From IMG/VR virus record IMGVR_UViG_3300025000_000056: 51,153 nt of DNA. One strand, 5' to 3'. Numbering within the stretch: the first letter of the stretch is position 1; every line of letters starts with the position of its first letter. The position numbers and the translations under genes were made by a program. Below are positions 33,239 through 43,805 of this stretch, one piece after another. The DNA is from a virus (lineage: Duplodnaviria; Heunggongvirae; Uroviricota; Caudoviricetes). Under the pieces are notes generated by a model that had not been told where the DNA came from, ran no database searches, and saw only the letters and a program-made list of their open reading frames with translations.

Positions 33239-33262
33239 TAGCAGGCCAGTGTTGGCCTGCTA
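33239..33262 (-). terminator. Terminator ending the virion/lysis operon
   Basis: TAGCAGGCCA-GTGT-TGGCCTGCTA followed by ACTTTATTTTT on the - strand. Confidence 0.75.
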
Positions 33263-33266
33263 TGGA

Positions 33267-33950
33267 TTACTTAACCTTAACCGCTAGTATGTTAGAACTA
33301 AAGCTACGTTGAAGGTGTATCTTTATGTTTTCCTCTGCATGATTTAATGTATCCCAACTTAAGTTTGATAACTCTTCTCCGATAGAAACCCAGTTATGCA
33401 TCATCTCGCTACGTTTAAGACTATCTGGTTCAGAACAAACATACTTTGAGTAATCAGCATAATAGGAGCAGAGGCTTTTAATAGAACTAAACTTATCCGT
33501 GAGTCCTTGATCATTAAGCTTCCTAGCTTTATCGATAAGCTTATCAAGTTGAGTATAAACGATATCAAGTTTAGCACTAGCATCTGCGAGATCCCTATTG
33601 TCCCTGTTTATATTACAGTAAGTAACCCGTGTTATAGCTTGAATGAAATTAGCGATCGATAATTGAACATCCTTCTTATGAATGGTTTGAATAACATTAC
33701 GGATAATCTTAAGCCGGAAACCTTCGCCAACAATTAATCCAATACTCAGCATAATCCAACTCACAATTAAATGAACGATTGTGAGCCCCGGCATCTCGGG
33801 GTTTTGATAATAGACAAAGGCATTGGCAATAAGAAAAACAATGCTTCCGAGTTTAATTTCATCGATTGAGAGTCCTTCCTGTTTGTCACAAAGGAAGAAC
33901 CCTATAATCGCACCAACAACAAATTCAATAGGCATTAATATTAGAATCAT
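33267..33950 (-). CDS. Membrane protein with helical C-terminal domain
   Basis: Three N-terminal hydrophobic segments. Confidence 0.6.
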   Translation of the reverse strand: MILILMPIEFVVGAIIGFFLCDKQEGLSIDEIKLGSIVFLIANAFVYYQNPEMPGLTIVHLIVSWIMLSIGLIVGEGFRLKIIRNVIQTIHKKDVQLSIANFIQAITRVTYCNINRDNRDLADASAKLDIVYTQLDKLIDKARKLNDQGLTDKFSSIKSLCSYYADYSKYVCSEPDSLKRSEMMHNWVSIGEELSNLSWDTLNHAEENIKIHLQRSFSSNILAVKVK

Positions 33951-34447
33951 TCGACAACCCCCTCTGAGGTTTCTACTGCAGTAAGTTCTTCTTGCAGCTT
34001 TTGAAGCTTCTTCAGCTTGCTAATCTTACTTCTAAGCTGGACGATTTGATCGTCAATATCGTCAGACTTATTACTAGTACTACCGTTGAAATCCATCATG
34101 TCGCCAGAGCGCTTCGTTAAGATGTATGGAACTTCAACACCTAGATAGTTAACCGCTTTAAGTATCGATCCAAATTCACGACCAAAGAGAATAATTGAGA
34201 TCGAGAATTGAGTCGAACCCTTCCAGCCAAGGAGATGGTTAATCATAAGACTATCTAATTGATTTGCCAAGACGATAAAGATAATATACGCAAGTAGTTT
34301 CTTAAGATCCGTTTGTAAGGCCTTAAGTTTATCAACGGATTCGATGACATTAACAATCATGTTAATAGAGAAAATAATGATAAGTGGACACATGATCGCA
34401 TTGAATGTTCCAACGATATACGTTTGAATAAAGGTTAGTATTTGCAC
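33947..34447 (-). CDS. Phage holin (Phage_holin_4_1-like) with coiled-coil tail
   Basis: TM helices; LKKLLAYIIFIVLANQLD and REFGSILKAVNYLGVEVP resemble E..SILEN...LGVP. Confidence 0.7.
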   Translation of the reverse strand: MQILTFIQTYIVGTFNAIMCPLIIIFSINMIVNVIESVDKLKALQTDLKKLLAYIIFIVLANQLDSLMINHLLGWKGSTQFSISIILFGREFGSILKAVNYLGVEVPYILTKRSGDMMDFNGSTSNKSDDIDDQIVQLRSKISKLKKLQKLQEELTAVETSEGVVE

Positions 34448-34489
34448 AAGCCTTCCCTCCCTAATCCGGAGAGAACCGGATAGAGTGGT

Positions 34490-35671
34490 CTACTTATAGA
34501 CCAGTTCTACACTTTCTAGTGCAGGCGTTGCTTGATTATTTGGATCAAGTAAGATCATACCATCAAGAACGACTTTAGTTTCAGTCGTTGGAATAGGTAG
34601 TGAGTCCTTAGTATATTGAAACTCTCCATTACTTACGGTATAGAGGTTGTAGGTAAACAAGTTACGCATATCAAGGTTGGCATTTAAAGCCTTCGTATTA
34701 GAGAAGATAGGTTTGATCTCCGTGATGGTCTTTAATCCTTCCTTGCCATCTAAATTAAACGATGCCCTAAAGCTTCCCTTGACACCATACTCTGTATGAT
34801 AGATCCCAATCTCTTCGGCACCTAGATAGAATACCTTTTTACCGTTTTCACTATGAGCGGTATTTTGAACCATTGTTACTCGAACCTTCGCAATCTTTAA
34901 AGAAGCAAAGCATAGTTCAATATTACCTGCCTTAATAATAGGTTCAAATCCAGGGACTGTTATCCATCCACCGTCAAGTTTGTATTTAACTTCCGTGATA
35001 TCAAGTGAGTTTAGTGGAAATGGATGAATGATAATCGTATTTACGTCACGATTAGAAATGATATTGTCTGGTAAGGTAATCTCTACTTGGACAGTAGCCT
35101 TCGAGGTTGTATCGTTTGGAGAGATTAAGACCTTACGCATCCAATAATTTGAGTTAATACCATCAAAGGCATTTAACAGATCCGTATCAACAATAAAGCC
35201 GTCACTGGCGGCCGGATTCAGTGTAACACCTAACGTTGAAGGGATAATAATCTGATCATAGTCTTCATCGTATAGGTAAACCTTTGATGTTCTACGAACG
35301 ATTGGTAGTGTAACAACCCTATGAAACATATCGATCTCAGCTCGCTCGGAGGCTTCCGCAATGGAATCAACAGTTAAGTCTTCCACAAAGGCACGACTTG
35401 TAATGGAGCTATTAAGTCCATTTAATAGATCGATCTTATCTTGCAGGATCCTTGTCTTGTCTTCGAGATCTTTAATACGCATATCTTGAAACTGACTTTG
35501 GATCGTGTAGATATCCCTTAGGGTATTTAATTGATTCGTATAGGTATTTAGATTGTTATAGAGATTAACAACATCAAAGAAGGAATCATCGAGCTGCTTA
35601 TTATAAGCTTCGCTGCTTGTTGGACTCCTAAAGGCAACTTGCTGTTTTGTTAAAGCAGGTATATTAGACAT
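34490..35671 (-). CDS. Putative virion structural protein (paralog family)
   Basis: N-terminal SEAYN...D motif plus coiled coil, beta-rich body, C-terminal TPALESVEL. Confidence 0.6.
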   Translation of the reverse strand: MSNIPALTKQQVAFRSPTSSEAYNKQLDDSFFDVVNLYNNLNTYTNQLNTLRDIYTIQSQFQDMRIKDLEDKTRILQDKIDLLNGLNSSITSRAFVEDLTVDSIAEASERAEIDMFHRVVTLPIVRRTSKVYLYDEDYDQIIIPSTLGVTLNPAASDGFIVDTDLLNAFDGINSNYWMRKVLISPNDTTSKATVQVEITLPDNIISNRDVNTIIIHPFPLNSLDITEVKYKLDGGWITVPGFEPIIKAGNIELCFASLKIAKVRVTMVQNTAHSENGKKVFYLGAEEIGIYHTEYGVKGSFRASFNLDGKEGLKTITEIKPIFSNTKALNANLDMRNLFTYNLYTVSNGEFQYTKDSLPIPTTETKVVLDGMILLDPNNQATPALESVELVYK

Positions 35672-35912
35672 TCATTAATTCACCTCCTATCGTCTTAATT
35701 ATCTTAAGTTTAGAACTTATAAGGTTACTACGATCATAAATTGAAGCTTCTAAACTGTTAAGATTCGCCTTTAGTAAATTTAACTGTTCACATAGATAGG
35801 TTATGTTGTAAACTAAATCCTGGTTATTGCGATTTAGTTTCTGAGACTCTATAGGTCCGCGACGACGCATATTGGTTCTTACCATGGATGGATAGATATT
35901 TATGATAATCAC
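35664..35912 (-). CDS. Small putative structural protein (N-terminal module only)
   Basis: GPIESQKLNRNNQDL plus coiled coil. Confidence 0.55.
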   Translation of the reverse strand: MIIINIYPSMVRTNMRRRGPIESQKLNRNNQDLVYNITYLCEQLNLLKANLNSLEASIYDRSNLISSKLKIIKTIGGELMNV

Positions 35913-35915
35913 TCC

Positions 35916-37907
35916 TTACTCTACAATGATTTGATAACTACGTAGACTTGGAGATATGTCTTTAAAGCTAGGGTCTCGACTTAAAATTGCCATAAATCGC
36001 AAAGCATTTTGATCCTGTAATACAGGGCGTTTATAGGTTAAGTTATACATGACTCCTGCACCGGTAGAGTCGATTGCTCTAGGGTCGTAATTAACAATGA
36101 TACTGCTTATAGTCTTACCAGCTACCTCGGCAGTATCAATGGCAAAGTTCGTATGATCTCGTTTGCTTGTATTATTTAGTAGGTTATAAAGACTAGTCTC
36201 ACGTAATGGGTCATTACTAGCATAGACCTTATTCGATACATACGTTAGATTAAATCCCTTATCGATTGTAGTATCGTCAATGGCACTTGTAATAATCTGA
36301 ATCTTATTCCAGCCCGCCCTCAAGTAATACGTATAGTAATCTCCCACGGCTTTAATAAGATTGTTATTTAAATAGACATTAAACTTCACGTTACTAGATA
36401 ATCCTTCGGTTACTTGAATCACATTATGATCAATAATGTTTGCCGTTTCGCAATAGAGGTTTACCGTAAAGCGCTGCTTACAGTTCTTTAAGATCTTCAT
36501 AGGTGCATTAAGAGGAATATAATTCGTAGTATATCCGCTCATCTTAATCCAGTCCTTTAAACTTGGATTATCCAGCACACTGATGGGTGAATTGTAAAGA
36601 TCGTGCTGCCACATGTTTTCGCCCATGTAAAGAAGGGCGGATCCAGGCATAATAGCATAAGGAATATCGGCAATATTATAATAGTCATTACCATACTGAC
36701 TATTTACCTTTGATCCATAGCCTTTATAGAAGCTATCAATACCAAAGGTAGTTGATTTCATCCCGCCCATATCATGAGGTACATTAGGTTGAATCTCCTG
36801 CCATTCAAAGAGGTCATCATTGTCGATGGCAATATAATAACGAATGTCGGTATTGGATGGTAAACTAGAATCGACTTGTAATGTAATACGATCAATAGCC
36901 TCGTTGCCTATGTAGTATTGACGACTAACTACAATGCCACGTTCCTTATAAGCTTCCTTATAGATCGCTAAAGATTTGCATCCGAATAGATAGTTGTTAT
37001 TAGTGCCTGTCGTTTCATCTGCTTCATATTTAGTCAGAGTGAGTCTTAAGGCCTTAGCGCTCACTGTGTTAAAACTCCACTGCACGAATCCTCCGGACTG
37101 TTTATTATATGGTTGATAGATTATACCATCCGAAGAAATAGACAAGGTGATGTCCGTTGATTTGGGGCTGTTGCTTTCAAAGCTAAAACTCGTGATGGAT
37201 ACTTCACTATCTAAAGCTATATCAATTTGCAGCGTTACCGGTAAGTCATTGTCAGTTACTATAAGCTGACGCCACGTCTCATTAATAATATCTGTTAACA
37301 TGAGATTAGGTTTACTTAACTCAGTATTTGTTACGTAGGATGTTATTGGAGTTACACTGATCTCTGCCTTACTTAAATCAATCCGGTCTCCATTACTAAT
37401 CTTATTTAAGACAGCTTCTCCTTTAAGTAAATCAATAAAGGCATCAGTATTGGGTCGGTTGACTTGAGCTCTGCCAATAAACTCAACGTTCTGGAAATCC
37501 TGGAAGGTATCGAAGATAACATTAGACCGTACATTATGACTAAGCTTATCAATAAGTCCATCCATACGATTATTTAAGCGCTTCAACTGCATTTGAATCA
37601 GAGCTTTCTCTGTCTCATAGTAATTAACCACCGCCATGAGACGATCCGTTTGATAACCGGACTCATCAAACATAGTATTTAGGTCTTCAAAGATCTGATT
37701 CATCATCGTGTTATAACTTAGTGATGAGCTGATGTCTCCTTCGGCAACAGCCTGTAATTCAAATCTAGGTAACCCTATAGGACGATTACGGATCTCATTG
37801 AAAACACTGTCTTGAATCGTTGTAAGATCCGGGAACCGACCGGCTAATAACTCAGAGCTTAAGGCCCTATTACTAGCACGGATTAGTTGTCGATCACGTA
37901 TACTCAT
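35916..37907 (-). CDS. Putative virion structural protein (paralog family)
   Basis: SLSYN...EDL motif; C-terminal SPSLRSYQI. Confidence 0.6.
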   Translation of the reverse strand: MSIRDRQLIRASNRALSSELLAGRFPDLTTIQDSVFNEIRNRPIGLPRFELQAVAEGDISSSLSYNTMMNQIFEDLNTMFDESGYQTDRLMAVVNYYETEKALIQMQLKRLNNRMDGLIDKLSHNVRSNVIFDTFQDFQNVEFIGRAQVNRPNTDAFIDLLKGEAVLNKISNGDRIDLSKAEISVTPITSYVTNTELSKPNLMLTDIINETWRQLIVTDNDLPVTLQIDIALDSEVSITSFSFESNSPKSTDITLSISSDGIIYQPYNKQSGGFVQWSFNTVSAKALRLTLTKYEADETTGTNNNYLFGCKSLAIYKEAYKERGIVVSRQYYIGNEAIDRITLQVDSSLPSNTDIRYYIAIDNDDLFEWQEIQPNVPHDMGGMKSTTFGIDSFYKGYGSKVNSQYGNDYYNIADIPYAIMPGSALLYMGENMWQHDLYNSPISVLDNPSLKDWIKMSGYTTNYIPLNAPMKILKNCKQRFTVNLYCETANIIDHNVIQVTEGLSSNVKFNVYLNNNLIKAVGDYYTYYLRAGWNKIQIITSAIDDTTIDKGFNLTYVSNKVYASNDPLRETSLYNLLNNTSKRDHTNFAIDTAEVAGKTISSIIVNYDPRAIDSTGAGVMYNLTYKRPVLQDQNALRFMAILSRDPSFKDISPSLRSYQIIVE

Positions 37908-39649
37908 TAGTTAACACCGCTTTCAACTGTACATTTAAGCTCATAATTATAGACAATTGGACTGTAATAATCTGCATCAATAATGTCTGTAGGCCTTGAT
38001 AGACTAATCTTTAAACGAACACTTGTCACTGGATCTTTTGTATCGATATAGCCACTATAATCCATGCGACCGTCCTCTGGCATATTAGCATTTAAAATGT
38101 ATGTTGTTACGTCACTACTTGAACGATTACTAGGCGCTATGGCATGCCAGTTATTACCCTCATCGACACTGATAAAGTAATTGATCCAGTTCCCTGTAGG
38201 GAACTCTTTAGGAACTTCATCCTTAACTAATAGCTGAATACTTGTGATGGGATTCGTATAGGTAAAACTTGTTGAGACGTAATCACTCTCTTGATTAAAG
38301 CGATAGTTAGCACCTAGTGTTTCACGTAGTCCGATTTGATAGCGCCAAGCATCTACTGTCTCAAGTCCGACTTGGATGTCTTGAACTTCAGGGAGTGTGA
38401 ATAGATTGTTAATGATCTGATTTGTATTTCCTACGGTATAGTCATTTGTCACTTCCGGTTGAATTAAGTTACGGGTGGATGGATCATACATGAAACCTAG
38501 ATTTGTAATACTAGGCTTTGGTCCATCCACCCGTTTACCATCTTGAGGTTTATCTTTCTCTAGGTAATTCATTGAGGCGATCGGTAGTTCCTTAAAGAAG
38601 AAATGTCCCACTTGAGTTAAATAGCTAATCGATTGTTCCAATGTAATTAAGATCTTCTTGGTCTTCATTTGACCAAACATATAAACCTTATCTTCATTGA
38701 AGCGATCGTTATTCACAAGCTCCTTTGTGATTCCCTTACCGTCACTGACGACAATACTCTTTATATAAGAAGGAATAACCCCTTTTTGACTTGGTAGATA
38801 AGGCGAAAGACTTAGGAAGTTTAATGTCTTTGCTATGGGAAGTTCTATCTCTAAGGCAAGCGTCATAGGTGTTGAGTCATTCTTAGCCCAGCTTTGGCCT
38901 TCATTATAAGTTAAACCATAGCTTGAGATGCTTGATCTAACCGTATCAGATATATTAAACAGTTCATATTCAAACCAGGTGTCAGAGTTACCATCGAGTA
39001 TCTCAGCTAAGTTAATGTGTAAGTTATCCTCACCATAGAACTTCGTCTTACCAGATAAATTCCGCACTTGATGAGTATCTCCTGGATACCCATTAGATTT
39101 ATCTAAGATACGAATCGTAGCATTTGTAATCTCACTAGCTTCGATCGTATTGAGAGTTAGGATACCCACACCAATATGTAGCTTAGCAGGCGTTGCGGTC
39201 ACCATGTCGGTATCGTACGTCTTCTGATTAATAAAACTATCACGGAAGTTTACTTCATGGATCTTTTGATTTAGCTTTAGATTAATAATACTTAATTTAT
39301 CTTCTAGGGATTTAAGCTGATTGTTAAGAGACGACCGATCCAGTGTAACCTGTTCATAGAGATCACTCAGCGCTTTAACTAAGGCATTACTCTCAGTAAG
39401 CATACTACTAGTGTCAGCAGAAATCTCATGCAAGCATTGATTATAATCTGCGCTCATAGGCGCTCCGTTTGCCGGCCTAAGCTGCATTGTGGGCTTCCCG
39501 AGATTAGCATAGAAGTTTTGTAGGGATGCGAAGAAGTAACTAAACATCTCGGTCTCTGTTGAGAAGTTCTTATTCTTTAAATTCTTTAAGATCTCCTTTG
39601 CCTTATTCTCAAGAAGACTTGTTTTGTTCTTAATTAGCATTAAGTTCAC
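37907..39649 (-). CDS. Putative virion structural protein (paralog family)
   Basis: SADYN...ADT motif; discoidin-like LDGNSDTWF; C-terminal SPIVYNYEL. Confidence 0.6.
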   Translation of the reverse strand: MNLMLIKNKTSLLENKAKEILKNLKNKNFSTETEMFSYFFASLQNFYANLGKPTMQLRPANGAPMSADYNQCLHEISADTSSMLTESNALVKALSDLYEQVTLDRSSLNNQLKSLEDKLSIINLKLNQKIHEVNFRDSFINQKTYDTDMVTATPAKLHIGVGILTLNTIEASEITNATIRILDKSNGYPGDTHQVRNLSGKTKFYGEDNLHINLAEILDGNSDTWFEYELFNISDTVRSSISSYGLTYNEGQSWAKNDSTPMTLALEIELPIAKTLNFLSLSPYLPSQKGVIPSYIKSIVVSDGKGITKELVNNDRFNEDKVYMFGQMKTKKILITLEQSISYLTQVGHFFFKELPIASMNYLEKDKPQDGKRVDGPKPSITNLGFMYDPSTRNLIQPEVTNDYTVGNTNQIINNLFTLPEVQDIQVGLETVDAWRYQIGLRETLGANYRFNQESDYVSTSFTYTNPITSIQLLVKDEVPKEFPTGNWINYFISVDEGNNWHAIAPSNRSSSDVTTYILNANMPEDGRMDYSGYIDTKDPVTSVRLKISLSRPTDIIDADYYSPIVYNYELKCTVESGVN

Positions 39650-39660
39650 GTTAGTTCCTC

Positions 39661-41970
39661 CTAAAGTAAGGATTTGAAATTGACAGTGATAGAATTGACA
39701 ATAGGAGTAAGCCCAAGAAAGTTATTGATGGTACGTCTAAGTATAGCACGAGTTCTTAAGTTTTTGAGAATATAAGGATACTCTATAATAATTTGTGTGT
39801 TAGCAGGAAGTGACGTATTGAATTGTATTGTATTGCCAATAACTTGATACTGATACTCCAGTGTGATAACACCGTTGGAGTCTACGACTTCAGTTAAAGG
39901 ATCTAGAAAGCTAGTGTTAGGATTAATGTAATCCGTTTTATTCGTAATAAAGATTAAACCAGTATCTGACGGATCAGTCTTTTGTTCGATATGTTTACCT
40001 TCGGCCGTAATTAATTTGATCTTCAGTGGAACGTAGGAGTAACTGAGGTACGTTGGGTCGTAGTCTTTACTTTGAGAGTTTAACTTAACCTTATCAATAA
40101 AGGGATAGTAACTTAGGTTAATCAAGCCATTACGATCAGTACCTAAAAAGCGCTCCGTAACGGTATTAGGATAGACCTCAGGAAGATTAGTTACTTTATT
40201 GATTACAGTATGTAGTTTAATAAAGTCCACTTCGTGTGAGTCTTTAGGTTTATAGTTTACCGTATAGGTTTTAGAAACATCATATTTAACAAAGGTTATT
40301 GTCCGAGTAGTCGGATCAAAGTTATAGTCAGAACTAGGAAGTCTTGTCGATGCGGCATTACAATAGATATCAATGTCTCCATCAACTGGAAACCTCAACA
40401 TTGCCTTACGTCGACTACCTCCCTTAGGAATAGCAGCCTCTAAGAGCTCTCCTATAACCGTGGATTGATTCATTGGTACAATATTGTACCAATTAAGACC
40501 ATCGTCAGGACTTACAGAATATTCAACATGAGTGATCGCTGTATCATATGAGCTAGGCAGCGGGTGTTCTTCATTAGAGAGTAATGTTACGGACTTAATA
40601 TTACCTGGGACATCCATAGGCTTGGAGATATAGTATCCGCAATTTACATACTCATTGCGATTCATTCCTATATTATATAAACCATATGAATATTGATATT
40701 TGGTCAGTGATTTAGATACTTGAACGGAATTAAATAACTTATCAAGTCCCTTAATATCTAGATTTTTCATAGCTTCAGCAAAGTAAACCCATGATGGATT
40801 GACTGTTATTCGATTCGTATAAATGGGATTAAAGATACCATCAGTCTTTAGATCGACGGCAGTATTGCGATTAAACCACCGGTCGAGCTCATCGGCCACT
40901 TGCTTATTTGAAATATAATTTGTACGAACATAGTGACGTTGGTTGAGTTGAATGCGTACTCGCTTAACTAAGGTATCCGGAAACTGAAAGATAACCGGAT
41001 CAGTTGTTGAGGTATTATAGACGGTACCATCAGTATGAGTCGGCTTAATAATAATGGAGTTTGGAGTATCCTTGCTGTCGGTCGTATCAAACCGAATCGC
41101 CACAATATCCATAGGGTATTCACTAAAGGGCATTAGACTAATTTCATTGATTACCATTAGAGCATCAAAGTTAACTTCGAATTCACAGAGGGCTCCATAT
41201 TGAATGCCGAAGTAGCTGGAGTCCAGAGGCACCTCTAGAGGTGCCTCTGTTAATATTGTTTCAGACCAGAAAGTTTCAAAACTCGTGTCAATGGCCTTAT
41301 TAATGTTATGCTCAGGATTCGTAACACGGATAAACCCAGAACCCAATTGCTTAGTAATAGTAATCTTACCCAGGTTAATACCACTCGGTCCGATCAGGGC
41401 GCTCTCTGAATAAAGCAGTGGTAACTTAATTGCTTCTTTATTAACATCAAGTGTTGAGATATAGCCCGAAGCTAATGGTACGGGATCAGTCCCTCCGGTT
41501 GGTACCGACGTGTAATAGCGAAGATCCGTCTCAAAGTTATTAGCATCCCTAAAGGCTTCTAAGATAATCCCAGAATTATCTCCGTATAGACTTAGAAGTT
41601 CTAACCGATCCAGCTCGTCGTTGAGTTTATGGATTCTAAGTTTGATATCGTTAATAACACCCTGATTTAATTGCTGATGCTTTGTCACGGTATTATCCAC
41701 TAGGTTGATCTGATTAAAGATTGTAGCCATATCAATACTTAGCTCCTGAAAGTTAAGGTTGAAGTTATTAGGATTCGACTGATTACTTTGTTCCCTAACT
41801 TGCATGATGGGCTCATTAGAACTCACCTTAGAAAGCATCTCTTGAAGTTGACTTTGATAATCTTCTTCGGTTGTAATAATTCCATCGGTATATTGTTGAT
41901 TTAGAATCTCTAGAATAATCCTACGTTGAGTCTCCTCCAAATCAACACTTGCTTGCTGTATAGAGTTCAT
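39661..41970 (-). CDS. Putative virion structural protein (paralog family)
   Basis: PNNFN...IDM motif; AIDTSFETFWSE; C-terminal TPIVNSITV. Confidence 0.6.
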   Translation of the reverse strand: MNSIQQASVDLEETQRRIILEILNQQYTDGIITTEEDYQSQLQEMLSKVSSNEPIMQVREQSNQSNPNNFNLNFQELSIDMATIFNQINLVDNTVTKHQQLNQGVINDIKLRIHKLNDELDRLELLSLYGDNSGIILEAFRDANNFETDLRYYTSVPTGGTDPVPLASGYISTLDVNKEAIKLPLLYSESALIGPSGINLGKITITKQLGSGFIRVTNPEHNINKAIDTSFETFWSETILTEAPLEVPLDSSYFGIQYGALCEFEVNFDALMVINEISLMPFSEYPMDIVAIRFDTTDSKDTPNSIIIKPTHTDGTVYNTSTTDPVIFQFPDTLVKRVRIQLNQRHYVRTNYISNKQVADELDRWFNRNTAVDLKTDGIFNPIYTNRITVNPSWVYFAEAMKNLDIKGLDKLFNSVQVSKSLTKYQYSYGLYNIGMNRNEYVNCGYYISKPMDVPGNIKSVTLLSNEEHPLPSSYDTAITHVEYSVSPDDGLNWYNIVPMNQSTVIGELLEAAIPKGGSRRKAMLRFPVDGDIDIYCNAASTRLPSSDYNFDPTTRTITFVKYDVSKTYTVNYKPKDSHEVDFIKLHTVINKVTNLPEVYPNTVTERFLGTDRNGLINLSYYPFIDKVKLNSQSKDYDPTYLSYSYVPLKIKLITAEGKHIEQKTDPSDTGLIFITNKTDYINPNTSFLDPLTEVVDSNGVITLEYQYQVIGNTIQFNTSLPANTQIIIEYPYILKNLRTRAILRRTINNFLGLTPIVNSITVNFKSLL

Positions 41971-42008
41971 CGTAATCCTTCTTTCCTAATAATCTTATTC
42001 ATAGATAA

Positions 42009-43214
42009 TTAGACTGCTTTCCAGTAACCTCTTACACTTGGAAAACTTGTCATGCCGCTATCGTTAGTAAGATAGACCCACCAGTAATAAACTGTGCCAA
42101 ATACTATTCCGTCTTCATTGCATGTATACGTGTTATCGATATTCGGTTGCTCAATTTTACCGGTAGCGCCTGTTGGATCATTAAAGACTACATCGAATAC
42201 TGAACACACTTCATCATAACTCCAGCTCCATACCGGATGGATCGTATTGACGATATTAGGATCGTCGCTCGTAAGGCCATTACAGCTTGTCAATGTGGGA
42301 GGTAAACCGGTCATAAAGTAACCATCCGAACTAATGTCACTCGTATTGTTATAACTGTCCATAACTTGAACGTTCCAATAGTAAAGGCTATCAGCATTTA
42401 ACGTGGTGGCTGGTAGAGTTACACTTGTAGCACTACTATTAATCCAGTTTGTCTGGAAGACATTAACGCCATCTGAGTCATAGACATTAACAATATAGCT
42501 GGATTGTGGATTGTTTTCCGGATCAGTATAATGCCAAGATAGTACTGGTCTAATATATTTACACTCGTTCGGAGTACCTTGTGTTCCGTTAAATGTTAAT
42601 AGACTAACATTTGGATTAAGATTTGGCAAGGTGATATGGATGTATCCCGTCTCAACGCTTGCAACGGATGGATCGAAATGGCCCCATACCATCCATCGAT
42701 AGTCCAGACCATTCTTTAAAACTAAAGGACCCGTGGGTATTGTATGTGTTCCTGAAGTCTCATTCGTTATATTTGTTGGTATAGCCGTATCAATTGATAG
42801 TGATCTTAAGTCCTTATCAAGTGAATTGTAGAAGACGACGAAGGTATCGGCACCGTCTATAAAGCGTATCTGAACCTCTAAATCAATCGGTGAGTAATTA
42901 CAACTCCAAGTTAATGTTGGAGTTAATGTCGTACTAACGACGGGCGATTCTTGGGTGCCGATAAAGTTTGTTAAGTGAACGATTCCTGGGATAGGAGCAA
43001 TCTTAAAATAACTCTTATCTGAGATAGTCGTAGCTCCAGTTACAGTGTCCGTTACAGAAGCTGTCCAGTAATAATCCGTACTTACGATTAATTGATCAGT
43101 CGAAACAGTAATGTCAAAGTCTCGATTAGTATTTACGAGAGGAATCGTAGTGTAAACTTCACTATCGTCCGAAACTTTAAAGATACTGATCCCGGTACTT
43201 ATCGTTGTTGCCAT
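42009..43214 (-). CDS. FN3/Ig-like repeat protein: N-terminal half-domain plus 3 domains
   Basis: Starts mid-repeat (...YYWTASVTD...SDKSYFK), then three repeats of the giant-protein type. Confidence 0.7.
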   Translation of the reverse strand: MATTISTGISIFKVSDDSEVYTTIPLVNTNRDFDITVSTDQLIVSTDYYWTASVTDTVTGATTISDKSYFKIAPIPGIVHLTNFIGTQESPVVSTTLTPTLTWSCNYSPIDLEVQIRFIDGADTFVVFYNSLDKDLRSLSIDTAIPTNITNETSGTHTIPTGPLVLKNGLDYRWMVWGHFDPSVASVETGYIHITLPNLNPNVSLLTFNGTQGTPNECKYIRPVLSWHYTDPENNPQSSYIVNVYDSDGVNVFQTNWINSSATSVTLPATTLNADSLYYWNVQVMDSYNNTSDISSDGYFMTGLPPTLTSCNGLTSDDPNIVNTIHPVWSWSYDEVCSVFDVVFNDPTGATGKIEQPNIDNTYTCNEDGIVFGTVYYWWVYLTNDSGMTSFPSVRGYWKAV

Positions 43215-43558
43215 TCAATAGCCTCCTATACAGTTACTCTAAAGTAACCATTATCACTCAAAGGACCCCATAATCCTCGACTGTCTTTAACTTTTCCATT
43301 CCAGTAATAATCTCCATTTGGATAATGACCCGCGATTGTTCCACCTGTTACGTGTTCAATAAGTGTTCCGTCAATAGAATAAATAAAAGCTTCCCATGAA
43401 TCCACGGTATCTCCATCAGGGTCATTATAGCCTAATGTAAATATAGGATCTAAGGTTGTCATAGGTGCTGGATTATCTATGGTTCCATTGTAAGACGTTA
43501 ATGTACAAGTCGGTGGTGAATTTGAAGCAATCTTAAAATAACTCTTATCAGAGATAGT
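42996..43558. repeat. 33-nt direct repeat pair (42996-43028 and 43526-43558), 32/33 identical
   Basis: AGCAATCTTAAAATAACTCTTATC(T/A)GAGATAGT, encoding TISDKSYFKIA in both genes. Confidence 0.9.
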
Positions 43559-43735
43559 TGTGATACTACCATCATTAACAGTAGCAATCCAATAATAAGT
43601 ATCATCAAGTATTAATAAGCTACAGTCAACAAGTAAATCAAAATCACGAGAGGTACCGGCAACTGAGTCCATAGTTTTAATTAGGCTATCATTACTATCG
43701 TAAATATTGATAAATGAACTTAACATTGTTGGCAT
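43226..43735 (-). CDS. FN3/Ig-like repeat protein: N-terminal half-domain plus 1 domain
   Basis: Starts SSFINIYD...YYWIATVND...SDKSYFK, then one full repeat. Confidence 0.7.
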   Translation of the reverse strand: MPTMLSSFINIYDSNDSLIKTMDSVAGTSRDFDLLVDCSLLILDDTYYWIATVNDGSITTISDKSYFKIASNSPPTCTLTSYNGTIDNPAPMTTLDPIFTLGYNDPDGDTVDSWEAFIYSIDGTLIEHVTGGTIAGHYPNGDYYWNGKVKDSRGLWGPLSDNGYFRVTV

Positions 43736-43752
43736 TTAATAACCTCCAGTAT

Positions 43753-43790
43753 TAGGACTAACTCGTGGGATATCCCACGAGTTAGTCCTA
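43753..43790. repeat. Perfect 38-bp palindrome between the giant gene and its partner
   Basis: TAGGACTAACTCGTGGGAT|ATCCCACGAGTTAGTCCTA. Confidence 0.9.
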
Positions 43791-43805
43791 TAATATTAAT
43801 GATCC

